A DNA stretch of 40,000 nt from Dolichospermum flos-aquae CCAP 1403/13F (GTDB lineage: Bacteria > Cyanobacteriota > Cyanobacteriia > Cyanobacteriales > Nostocaceae), in the NCBI RefSeq assembly GCF_012516395.1, contig NZ_CP051206.1, positions 4,243,334 through 4,283,333 of the forward strand. Direction: 5' to 3'. This document shows, piece after piece, positions 31,341-39,900 of this stretch (positions within the stretch are counted from its first letter, which is position 1; every line of letters starts with the position of its first letter). The notes under the pieces were generated by a model that was not told where the DNA came from, searched no databases, and was given only the letters and a program-made list of their open reading frames with translations. A program made the position numbers and the translations under genes.

Positions 31341-33256
31341 GGACAGAATTCTCGCACCTTTTGGGGAAGTTGCCGACAGACTTGTGAGAATGATTGGGGA
31401 GATAATTGCCACCAAGCAAATAAACCGACAGTGGTACTTCCCAGCAACAAAACTAATAATCTCGCAAATAGTCCCAAACCTTTGCTTCTAGATGGTTTTA
31501 TCGGTGCTGTCTGTGCTTCTGTCAGACTTAAATCAAGCAGGGCTTGGGAACTTGCGGCTAAATCTGTTTCTATGGATGCTGTGATAATTAATGCTTCTGA
31601 ATCGGGAACAGCTAAGGGTTGGGGAGGAATAATTTCTGCCGGAGGTGCGGGGATAATTGCCATTGAGGATGGTTTGGCCACACGACAAAGGGTCAATACT
31701 ACAGATATATTATCTTGGCCATTCTTTTCATTGGCGAGTTTAATTAATTCCTGGGTAGCATCTGCTATGTCTAAATCGCCTGTAAGCACGGGAATTGCGT
31801 AGTCTTGCCAGGATTGTTCGACTAAATTGCGATCGCTTAAACCATCGGAACACAGCAATAAAATCCCATCTTCTTCTATGATAAATCGTTGAATCGAAAA
31901 GTTGAGAAATTCGGCTTCTTTTGTGCCTAGTGCTTGGGTCAAGGCTTTGACTTCTGGGATTTGCAATGCTTGACGATATAAAGTTTTCCCTAAACCAACT
32001 TTTCGTTTTACCATATCATCATCTACAGTCAGAAGTTGACAATAATTCTGGGTTATCCAATAAGCCCGACTATCACCAATATGGGCTAAATAAAGTTCGT
32101 GGGAATTTTCTAATTGTTCTCCTCTTTGGGGGATTTGCAAGGACATGATTAAGGTTGTGGCCATGCGTTCTTTGCCCTGGCGTTTTTGCTCGTCATTGCG
32201 CGACCATACCACATTATTAACGACTCGCAAACAAGACTCTATTTGTTGATATAATAAATCCGGGGTTAATAGTTCTGTTTGTTGTCCTATCTCTGTTAAT
32301 AAAGCCCGCATTTGCAATTTGAGAGACTGCAAAGCTAATTGACTCGCAACTTCACCACCTTCATGGCCACCAATACCATCACAAATAATTGCTAGTCGTG
32401 GTTGTAATTGATCATCTATATCTCTCGGATGACTGGGATAACAGGCATCTTCATTATGTTTAATAACATTTCCAGGATCTGTTGCCCCGGCTATGGTTAA
32501 ATATAAAGGTAAGTCGGCGGCTGTTGTTAGCAATAATTCATTAAGTTGAGTATTGATGATCTGTAAATCAATTTCTGGTTGACACATTAACTCAACTATG
32601 ATGTTTAGTTTTTCGGCAATTGTGGTTTTGGCTATTGTCACCCAGTTCCGCCAAGAATTACCTAAATCTTGTAAAGTTGGTGGTTCTGTACTTTGATGCA
32701 GTTCTAATAACCGAATACACCAACCTTGCACACATAAATTATCTGCTAATAGTAAGCTTTGGGCAACTCCTAATTTTGATAAATGTGTCCATAGTTGGAG
32801 AATTTGCCATAACCAGTAAACTTGTCTGATGGGAGATGCTTGTTCCCAGGAGTCGGTAATTTTCGGGTAAATGCAGCCTATTTCATCTATGGGGGCATTT
32901 TCTAGCAGTAAAATATCACCATATATTTCTGCTAAGGAAGTAAACCCATAAGCTTGGGGAATATGTAAACGTTGTGAATATAAGCTGAGATAGGGAATAA
33001 CGATATTTGGCAGTGGGGCAGGTATATGTGGTAAGGTTGCAGGTTTGGTATCTAGCCAAATTTGTGGTTTGATGACTTCATATCTGTCTGCTACTTTTGT
33101 TCCTGGGGGAATTTCTGCTACTTGGTTGCCAGTTGCCCGGAGATAGCGGTAAATTAGGGGAGTGTGACAGCGATCGCAAATAGTATCCCCCACAGAGTTA
33201 ATTGGTTGATCACATTCGGAATTTGGGCAATTAATAATCCGTTGATTAGAAAGCAT
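31328..33256 (-). CDS. PP2C (PPM) family Ser/Thr phosphatase with N-terminal zinc ribbon and C-terminal membrane anchor
   Basis: 642 aa. CPNSEC...CDRCHTPL zinc ribbon. PPM motifs NEDACYP, ICDGIGGHEGGEVAS, IGDSRAY, LLLCSDGLSD, GQDNISVV. Hydrophobic GLGLFARLLVLLLGSTTVGLFAWW near the C-terminus. The last codons and the stop (31328-31330) lie inside the tandem array. Confidence 0.85.
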   Translation of the reverse strand: MLSNQRIINCPNSECDQPINSVGDTICDRCHTPLIYRYLRATGNQVAEIPPGTKVADRYEVIKPQIWLDTKPATLPHIPAPLPNIVIPYLSLYSQRLHIPQAYGFTSLAEIYGDILLLENAPIDEIGCIYPKITDSWEQASPIRQVYWLWQILQLWTHLSKLGVAQSLLLADNLCVQGWCIRLLELHQSTEPPTLQDLGNSWRNWVTIAKTTIAEKLNIIVELMCQPEIDLQIINTQLNELLLTTAADLPLYLTIAGATDPGNVIKHNEDACYPSHPRDIDDQLQPRLAIICDGIGGHEGGEVASQLALQSLKLQMRALLTEIGQQTELLTPDLLYQQIESCLRVVNNVVWSRNDEQKRQGKERMATTLIMSLQIPQRGEQLENSHELYLAHIGDSRAYWITQNYCQLLTVDDDMVKRKVGLGKTLYRQALQIPEVKALTQALGTKEAEFLNFSIQRFIIEEDGILLLCSDGLSDRNLVEQSWQDYAIPVLTGDLDIADATQELIKLANEKNGQDNISVVLTLCRVAKPSSMAIIPAPPAEIIPPQPLAVPDSEALIITASIETDLAASSQALLDLSLTEAQTAPIKPSRSKGLGLFARLLVLLLGSTTVGLFAWWQLSPQSFSQVCRQLPQKVREFCPGRE

Positions 33257-33359
33257 AATTAAATTGATGATTAGTTTTTTCTGTAAATATTCACTGTATT
33301 GATGTATCTAATCTCAAGTTAAGATGGAACTGCATGGAATCAGATTTTAAGAATATTTG

Positions 33360-33390
33360 AACGCAGATAAACGCAGATAAACGCAGATAA
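33360..33390. repeat. AACGCAGATA x3 tandem decamer in divergent intergenic region
   Basis: aacgcagataaacgcagataaacgcagataa, read directly. Confidence 0.85.
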
Positions 33391-33471
33391 GGATGGATGA
33401 ATAGATTTCATGATTCTTTGCAGTCTCTCATAAAATTAGTACGAGTAAATCTATTGTAAGGGAAAAGCGTT

Positions 33472-33903
33472 ATGCCAAGTTTTACCTTAATTTGGCTGTT
33501 AGCAGGGTCGGTTCTGTGTTTAACGGAACTTTTTTTACCATCAGCTTTTGTTTCTTTCATGATGGGTATTAGTGCCTTGATGGTGGGATTATTATCTTAC
33601 TTGGGGATAGGAAATTTGTGGATACAAGTTACAGCTTGGCTTTTATTTTCCACAATTCTGATTATCCTGTCTCGGCGGTTTTTGCAACCACGACGACGGA
33701 AATCAAAAATTCAAGATGCAGTCATAGCTGAAACTTTAACGGAAATTTTGCCGGGACAGGTGGGCAGGGTACTATACGAGGGTAACTCTTGGCGAGCAAA
33801 ATGTGATGACGACAAAATCAGCTTACCACCTCAGCAAACTGTTTATGTGGTGAGAAGGGAAGGGACGACTTTAATTGTCATTCCAGATAATTTTTTGAGT
33901 TAG
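33472..33903 (+). CDS. NfeD-family membrane protein
   Basis: 143 aa. Two or three N-terminal hydrophobic helices and a C-terminal OB-like segment GRVLYEGNSWRAKCD...VYVVRREGTTLIV. Located immediately upstream of an SPFH/band-7 gene, the classic NfeD-stomatin pairing. Confidence 0.75.
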   Translation: MPSFTLIWLLAGSVLCLTELFLPSAFVSFMMGISALMVGLLSYLGIGNLWIQVTAWLLFSTILIILSRRFLQPRRRKSKIQDAVIAETLTEILPGQVGRVLYEGNSWRAKCDDDKISLPPQQTVYVVRREGTTLIVIPDNFLS

Positions 33904-33987
33904 TTGTCAGTAGGGGCGAAGCATTTGGAAGATAAATTATCGGTCATTGCCAAAAATAGTTCTCCAAATGCTTCGCCCGTACAGTTG
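33904..33987 (-). mobile_element. 84-bp MITE-like palindromic element, copy A
   Basis: ttgtcagtaGGGGCGAAGCATTTGGAaga...ttcTCCAAATGCTTCGCCCgtacagttg. It has 16-bp perfect terminal inverted repeats. Its reverse complement is identical, by my base-by-base comparison, to 35977-36060. Confidence 0.85.
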
Positions 33988-34036
33988 TTAGTTCTGGCTT
34001 TAATGGTCAATACCTGTAAATTAGGAGAAAATTATT

Positions 34037-35014
34037 ATGGAACAGTTTTTTTTACTGGTCTTTTTGGCGCTGGGTGGTTCTGCTGTTGCTGGATCTGTGC
34101 GTGTTGTTAATCAGGGAAATGAAGCTTTGGTGGAAAGATTGGGTAGTTATAACAAAAAAATGCACCCAGGGCTAAATTTTGTGATCCCGTTTATTGATAA
34201 AGTTGTCTACCAAGAAACTATTCGGGAAAAAGTTCTCGATATTCCGCCTCAAAAGTGTATCACCCGCGATAATGTGGGCATTGAGGTAGATGCGGTGATT
34301 TATTGGCGGATTGTAGATATGGAAAAAGCCCGCTATAAGGTCGAGGATCTGCAATCGGCGATGGTAAATTTGGTGTTGACTCAAATTCGTTCGGAAATGG
34401 GACAATTGGAGTTAGATCAAACTTTTACTGCCCGTACCCAAATCAATGAATTGTTATTACAGGAATTGGATGTTTCTACTGATCCTTGGGGTGTAAAGGT
34501 GACGCGAGTGGAGTTGAGGGATATTATTCCTTCTCAAGCAGTCCGGGAAGCAATGGAATTACAAATGTCGGCGGAACGTCGCAAACGGGCATCTATTTTA
34601 ACTTCGGAAGGTGATAGGGAATCTGCGGTTAATAGTGCCAGAGGTAAGGCTGATGCCCAACTTTTGGACGCTGAAGCTCGACAAAAATCAGTAATTATGC
34701 AGGCAGAAGCTGAACAAAAAACAATCATTCTCAGGGCGCAAGCAGAACGCCAACAACAGGTTTTAAAGGCACAAGCGATCGCTGAATCTGCTGAAATTAT
34801 TGCCCAAAGAATCAAAGCTAACCCTGATGCTCAAAAAGCTCTGGATGTGCTGTTAGCATTAAATTATTTGGATATGGGGACTACTATTGGTAAAAGTGAT
34901 AGCAGCAAGGTGATGTTTATGGACCCCCGCAATATTCCCGCTACTTTAGAAGGTATTCGTTCTATTGTTTCAGATAATACTTCTGATCCCAAACCTCTCT
35001 TTCCCAGCAATTAA
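34037..35014 (+). CDS. SPFH/band-7 (stomatin/HflKC-like) family protein
   Basis: 325 aa. N-terminal TM helix, then [18 protein letters not shown]...[12 protein letters not shown]...ITRDNV...[10 protein letters not shown]...VTRVELRDI, followed by an Ala/Gln/Glu-rich coiled-coil. AGGAGA RBS upstream. Confidence 0.9.
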   Translation: MEQFFLLVFLALGGSAVAGSVRVVNQGNEALVERLGSYNKKMHPGLNFVIPFIDKVVYQETIREKVLDIPPQKCITRDNVGIEVDAVIYWRIVDMEKARYKVEDLQSAMVNLVLTQIRSEMGQLELDQTFTARTQINELLLQELDVSTDPWGVKVTRVELRDIIPSQAVREAMELQMSAERRKRASILTSEGDRESAVNSARGKADAQLLDAEARQKSVIMQAEAEQKTIILRAQAERQQQVLKAQAIAESAEIIAQRIKANPDAQKALDVLLALNYLDMGTTIGKSDSSKVMFMDPRNIPATLEGIRSIVSDNTSDPKPLFPSN

Positions 35015-35020
35015 ATAATT

Positions 35021-35115
35021 CCTTCTTTCCTTGTTTCTTTCTTCATTCCTTCTTCCTTCTTCCTTCTTCCTTCATTCTGACTCCTGACTCCTGACTCGGT
35101 GACTCCTTGACTCGA
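35021..35115. repeat. Heptamer STRR-type repeats (TCTTCCT)n and (GACTCCT)n
   Basis: cattccttcttccttcttccttcttccttcattctgactcctgactcctgactcggtgactccttgactcg. It fills the 28-nt gap between convergent genes and extends into the 3' end of the Fur-family ORF. Confidence 0.85.
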
Positions 35116-35486
35116 CATTTTGTACACAGTCCAAAAAACTCTAGAGTGTGATAAAACACTTTAAATTGATGGCTGGTTTGTAATTGGTTTTCGAGTTCAT
35201 GGACAGGACATTGATGAATGGGAATAGAAATACCGCATTGTAGGCAGGTGAGATGGTGTTTATCCTGTTGTGTTAAGCTATATAAGGCTTCCCCATTTGC
35301 CAAAGTTCGCACTTGCACTAAGCCTTCTAATTTGAGAGCATCCAAGGAACGGTAAACTGTTGCTAAACCCATGCTTTGTTTGAGATTACGTAATTCTACG
35401 TAAATATCCTGGGCAGAAATGCCTTGTTTAAGATTTTGTAACAGGTTTAAAATCCGTTCTTGACTACGAGTATGTATGGCTCTCAT
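35043..35486 (-). CDS. Fur-family metalloregulator (Zur/FurB-like)
   Basis: 147 aa. Winged-helix part ISAQDIYVELR...GLATVYRSLDALKLEGLV, HHLTCLQCG and GLCTKC (two CxxC pairs). The C-terminal ~23 aa (KESPSQESGVRMKEEGRRKKE) are encoded by heptamer repeats. Confidence 0.85.
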   Translation of the reverse strand: MRAIHTRSQERILNLLQNLKQGISAQDIYVELRNLKQSMGLATVYRSLDALKLEGLVQVRTLANGEALYSLTQQDKHHLTCLQCGISIPIHQCPVHELENQLQTSHQFKVFYHTLEFFGLCTKCRVKESPSQESGVRMKEEGRRKKE

Positions 35487-35511
35487 AAATGTTTGTTAAA
35501 TTTGTATCTAT

Positions 35512-35538
35512 GTAGGGGGAATTCATGAATTCCCCTAC
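35512..35538. repeat. Near-perfect 27-bp palindrome between divergent fur-like and purS genes
   Basis: GTAGGGGGAATTCATGAATTCCCCTAC (5 G versus 4 C). The central GAATTCATGAATTC is perfectly palindromic. It contains the ATG used by the ORF track for the extended purS ORF. Confidence 0.8.
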
Positions 35539-35611
35539 TCCTCATTATATTTTCACTCAGTTAGACCATAAAAGTTATAGGATAGCGATCGCAGCATTCA
35601 GCAAAAAGCCT

Positions 35612-35890
35612 GTGCAAATAAAATATATAGCTAAAATTTTCGTGACCCTGAGAACTTCAGTTTTAGATCCTGCTGGTGTGGCTGTACAATCTGGCCTCAA
35701 ACAAATGGGATACGACAACGTGGAACAGGTGAGAATTGGTAAGTACATTGAGTTAACTATTGTCGCACCTGATGAGATGAAAGCGCGTCGAGACTTAAAT
35801 CAAATCTGTGATCAAATGTTATCAAATCCTGTCATCGAAAATTATCGCTTTGACTTGATTGAAGTAGAATCACAAACTGGCGTATTTTGA
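35612..35890 (+). CDS. purS: Phosphoribosylformylglycinamidine synthase subunit PurS
   Basis: (V)QIKYIAKIFVTLRTSVLDPAGVAVQSGLKQMGYDNVEQVRIGKYIELTI...NPVIENYRFDL is a typical ~90-aa PurS. The ORF track extends to ATG 35525, but that ATG lies inside a palindrome and the extra 29 aa are not PurS-like. In-frame GTG 35612 is the proposed start. Confidence 0.8.
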   Translation: MQIKYIAKIFVTLRTSVLDPAGVAVQSGLKQMGYDNVEQVRIGKYIELTIVAPDEMKARRDLNQICDQMLSNPVIENYRFDLIEVESQTGVF

Positions 35891-35935
35891 AATGGGTAAT
35901 GGGTAATTGGTGATTGGTGATTGGTAATGGGTAAG
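35891..35935. repeat. Heptamer STRR-type repeats (AATGGGT/GATTGGT)
   Basis: aatgggtaatgggtaattggtgattggtgattggtaatgggtaag. Confidence 0.85.
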
Positions 35936-35964
35936 AGGGAAAATTATTGCCTTTTGCCTATTCC

Positions 35965-36087
35965 CTGACAACTGACAACTGTACGGGCGAAGCATTTGGA
36001 GAACTATTTTTGGCAATGACCGATAATTTATCTTCCAAATGCTTCGCCCCTACTGACAACTGACAACTAACAACTGACAACTGACAA
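35965..36087. repeat. (CTGACAA)n heptamer array interrupted by MITE copy B
   Basis: ctgacaactgacaactg (35965-35981) and ctgacaactgacaactaacaactgacaactgacaa (36053-36087) flank the element. Confidence 0.85.
35977..36060 (+). mobile_element. 84-bp MITE-like palindromic element, copy B
   Basis: caactgtacGGGCGAAGCATTTGGAgaa...tcttCCAAATGCTTCGCCCCtactgacaac. Reverse complement of copy A. Confidence 0.85.
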
Positions 36088-36090
36088 ACA

Positions 36091-36762
36091 ATGAAATTCG
36101 GTATTTTAGTTTTTCCAGGTTCTAATTGTGATCGTGACGTTGCCTATGTTACTAGAGATTTACTAGGACAACCAACGCGCATGGTTTGGCATCAAGAGAC
36201 AGATATTAGTGATATAGATGTAGTGATTGTCCCCGGTGGCTTTAGTTATGGGGATTATTTGCGTTGTGGGGCGATCGCTCGCTTCTCTCCTGTGATGCAG
36301 CAGGTGATTAATCATGCACAACAGGGTAGATTTGTTATCGGTATTTGCAACGGGTTTCAGGTATTAACTGAGGCTGGTTTATTACCGGGAGCATTGGCGA
36401 GAAATCAGGATTTGCACTTTATATGCGATCGCTCTCCCTTGAAAGTTGAGCGTAATAATTTACCTTGGACTCAAGGTTATGCGGAAGGGGAAATCATCAC
36501 TTTACCCATTGCCCACGGAGAGGGGCGATTTTACGGTGACGAAACCACTTTAGCAGAAATCGAAGCCAACGGACAAGTTTTATTTCGTTATCAAACAAAT
36601 CCCAACGGTTCACTCAATAACATTGCGGGGATTTGTAATCTGCAAGGTAATGTTTTGGGCATGATGCCACATCCAGAAAGAGCAGCAGATTCCGCGTTAG
36701 GGAATAGCGATGGTTTGCGTTTGTTTGAGGGGTTGTTGGGGAAGGTAGCGGCTTTGGTGTAA
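36091..36762 (+). CDS. purQ: Phosphoribosylformylglycinamidine synthase subunit PurQ (glutaminase)
   Basis: 223 aa. MKFGILVFPGSNCDRD, VVIVPGGFSYGDYLR, GICNGFQVL (nucleophile Cys), MMPHPER. Class I glutamine amidotransferase layout typical of PurQ, adjacent to purS. Confidence 0.9.
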   Translation: MKFGILVFPGSNCDRDVAYVTRDLLGQPTRMVWHQETDISDIDVVIVPGGFSYGDYLRCGAIARFSPVMQQVINHAQQGRFVIGICNGFQVLTEAGLLPGALARNQDLHFICDRSPLKVERNNLPWTQGYAEGEIITLPIAHGEGRFYGDETTLAEIEANGQVLFRYQTNPNGSLNNIAGICNLQGNVLGMMPHPERAADSALGNSDGLRLFEGLLGKVAALV

Positions 36763-36775
36763 CTGACTGATAAAC

Positions 36776-36825
36776 AGATCCCTGACTTTTTGGAAAAGTT
36801 GGGGATCTATAATTTATTTTTTATT
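36776..36825 (+). terminator. Rho-independent terminator after purQ
   Basis: AGATCCCTGACTTTT-tgg-AAAAGTTGGGGATCT: a 15-bp stem (two G-U pairs in RNA) with a 3-nt loop at 36776-36808, followed by ataatttattttttattt. Confidence 0.7.
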
Positions 36826-36833
36826 TATATATC

Positions 36834-36863
36834 TTGACTTGTCAAATCGCAAGGCATTATTAT
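36834..36863 (+). promoter_or_regulatory. Possible sigma70-type promoter for the 1014-aa ORF
   Basis: TTGACT (36834-36839), 18-nt spacer, TATTAT (36858-36863). The -35 region is part of the palindrome TTGACttGTCAA. Pattern match only. Confidence 0.25.
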
Positions 36864-36903
36864 TTATAGTAATTAATTTTAGAACCAACAAGGAAGGGTG
36901 CAA

Positions 36904-39900
36904 ATGAACAAAATAACCATAAATCCAGACTTAGCCCATGTTGATTATACTGATTTATTGGTGAAGATCTTAAAAATTCTCAAAGAAAAGCAAATATTCA
37001 CAATTTCTCCAGATAATCAAAGGGTACTGATTAATATTAATCAAGTAGTGAATGAAGTTATTGATTTACAACCATATAATCCTTTAGGAAATGAGAGATC
37101 AGTGCGTACTGCTACTCTAAATTTTAGTTCCGGTTCTCAAGATTCATTTAGTCAACAAATTAAAGAAATTACTGCTGATATTCAGCAACATTTAACAGCA
37201 GCTATTCAGAAAAATCCTGAAAATCACTCAACAAATAGAGTTGAATTTATTAAAAAATTAATGACTGATTTGCAGACATTCAAAGGAGAATATAAGAAAG
37301 ATGAGAAAACTAAAACACCAATTTTAGATTTTACCTATCCATTTCCTCCTGCGACAAATTTGGAAAAGCAAAGATTGACAGTTAACAGAAACGAAAATAG
37401 CCAACAGAAACAACTATTAAAAGCGCATAATGTCAAATTTTCTGTAGATAAACCTCGTGATTTTCAATCAACCCTATTAACAGGAATTAATAATTTTATT
37501 GATATAAAATTTGCTGGGATAAATTCTCAAGATCGAGAAGATTTAGAGGATATTATTGATAACTTAGAAAAAAATACCAACTCGGATATTTACAGCTTAG
37601 AAAATCTAGTTAACCAAGAAACATTAGGAAAATTAAAAAAATTAGCTAAAATCAAATATTTAGAATTTCTCTCAGAAAACATTGATAAAAATGCTAGTGA
37701 TGACAACTTAAAAGGGAAGATATATTTAGAAGATCTAATTAGAAGATTGAACCTATTAGAAGATCATATCAACGATAGCAATAAAGCAGATGGAGAATAT
37801 CAAGTTAGTTATGCGGGAATATCAGTTAATTATCAAACCATGTTTTCTCGCAGTGAAGCATATGATATCTTACCGATTATTCCCAACATTGAAGGTTATT
37901 TAGGAGAAACAGAAGATCCAAATCGAGAGAAAATAGAATTTACCTTGGGGTTGAAATTAAAATTTGATGGTAAAGTTCAAGCTTATGGAGGTAAAACAGT
38001 TTTTGATTATCATCTCAATCTTTTAAATCCAGATAGTCAAGAACATAAAACTGAAATTGCAGATGATTCAAGAAAATCTAATTTTGTCTATAAAATTCTA
38101 AAAATAGCCTTTTTATATTATTTCATATTTGCATCTCGTCAAAATTCCCAAGCAGAAAATTATCACCCCCAAAGCGAGTTAGAATATAATCCTCTTGAAA
38201 AATTTGAAAAAGATGTACTTCCAGTATTAAGAGGGAGTGATGATGAAGCTAAAAAGAAACTATTTAAAAGTTGGATAGCGGGTTTTACTAAATTGAACGT
38301 TAGGGAAAAAATCAAAACTCTCAAAAAAGTTTTAATAAGTTTGATCAAAAGAGAAACTCCATTTCCCAGTAGAGACTATCCTGTACATATTTCCGTGAAG
38401 AATAGTATTTTAGAAGATGACATTGACACTATTAACGAAAGAGAGACAATCTTTAAAGATGCGTTGCGAAGAAATTTTAAAGATTGTTTGAAATATATCA
38501 ACATAGGAAATGCAACCACGCAGAAAAACTTACTGATTACTCTTCCCGCAAAAATAAGTATTAGTGAAATTCATTTTTTAGAGACAGAAGATAAAGAAAC
38601 TTTCGAGATGGAATATGATATTCCTCAAGGTATTGAGGTTTTACCAGTCATATTTTTAGCAATGAAAGAAGGGAGTGAATTTTATAACAAAAACTTACAA
38701 CATCGGAAATTACTAATTTTCCCCCAACGTTCAGAAAATGACAAACTAGAAATCCATCAAGAAATTATTTACAAAATAACATATAGCTTACTAGCGTATA
38801 TTTGTCTTCACGTCATCCTTGAAAAACAAAGCAAAGTATTTATTCCTCTTTTAAGAATACATCTTAAAGAAAAAACCGACAACGCACCAATAGAAAAATT
38901 TATAGTTTCCTTAACTAAAGTATTATCTCATTTATTTAATGATGGATATCGCAGTAATGAACAGGGAATAGTTATTACTAATAAGGTTACATATAAAATC
39001 CCTAATGTTCTGAGTTCCTTGTATTCAGTTGTCCCCAAAAAATTTCAGTTATCAGAAAGTGATAAATTTGCATTTCAGGAACTTGATAAAATTGCAATTA
39101 TCGTAGTTTCCAGTCGAGAAACTGATAGTACATGGGTAACAAAAGCGAAGAAATCTAACCTCATGGGAGAAATTATTACCTTACAAATGAAACCCAAATG
39201 TGTGAGATTTCAGCTTTTGAAAACCTTCTCAGAAAACTTTGATGATCATGATAAGATGTTTGAATATCCTACCGTAGTAGTTGATAATGTAGACAAACTT
39301 TATCAAAAAGGGTACAGACACTTTATTTATATCGCAAAAGTTCCCTATAGCAGCACATTACATATTACCCAAACTGAAAAAGATGAAGAATTATTTTTTA
39401 TGTCGAAAAATGTTATTACCGCATTAACAAAAGAAAAACATGATATCAAAATTTATCCGATGTTTTTTGAAAAATACTACGCAGTAAAAGTTTCCGGGAT
39501 AAAATCAACATCATTATATATTCAAGACACCCTGGAACTTACCAACTTAGCAGAAGATAAGAATAAAAAATCTGTCATCTTTTTTAACTTATTCAATGGC
39601 ATCGCACTTTCTGAAGATAATCATTATCATGGAGTCATGTCTTATGCGACATTATTAAACATTTACGATGGTATTTTAGATGATAAAGATATCAGAAACG
39701 GATTAATTTATGATGATAGTCAATTAAAAAATGAAATTTTGCAATGTTTAACCTTGTTTCATTTTTCTCGTTATGAAAAGTCGAGAGATATTCAATTAAA
39801 ATTAGATCCCTATCAAAATTTAATCGGAGATGAATCAGTTAGTCAAGTTGCGTTATTTCCCCATAGTCGCAGCAAAGGAAATTTCAACTCCCTAGCATTT

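Noticed and set aside
31069-31491. ORFs of 140 aa and 77 aa translating as PYFPYFPYLPYL... and SPTSPTSPT... proline-rich repeat proteins
   Set aside because: They are read-throughs of the 9-bp tandem array in two frames, overlap each other, the transposase remnant and the PP2C 3' end, and have no start context. They are a translation artefact of the repeat.
33904-34110. 68-aa ORF (MSVGAKHLEDKLSVIAKNSSPNASP...)
   Set aside because: It starts on TTG inside the MITE, its first 28 codons are the palindromic element itself, and it overlaps the SPFH gene start in another frame.
35043-35486. Fur-family regulator as a pathway-specific regulator of the PKS-NRPS cluster (siderophore logic)
   Set aside because: It is separated from the cluster by an IS remnant, a repeat array and three unrelated genes. 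It sits next to purS/purQ, looks like the conserved Zur/FurB-type housekeeping paralogue, and I saw no Fur-box-like motif near the cluster genes.
35525-35611. N-terminal 29-aa extension of purS from ATG 35525
   Set aside because: The ATG is the centre of a 27-bp palindrome and the extra residues have no PurS-like character. PurS homologues are about 80-95 aa, and an in-frame GTG at 35612 gives that length.
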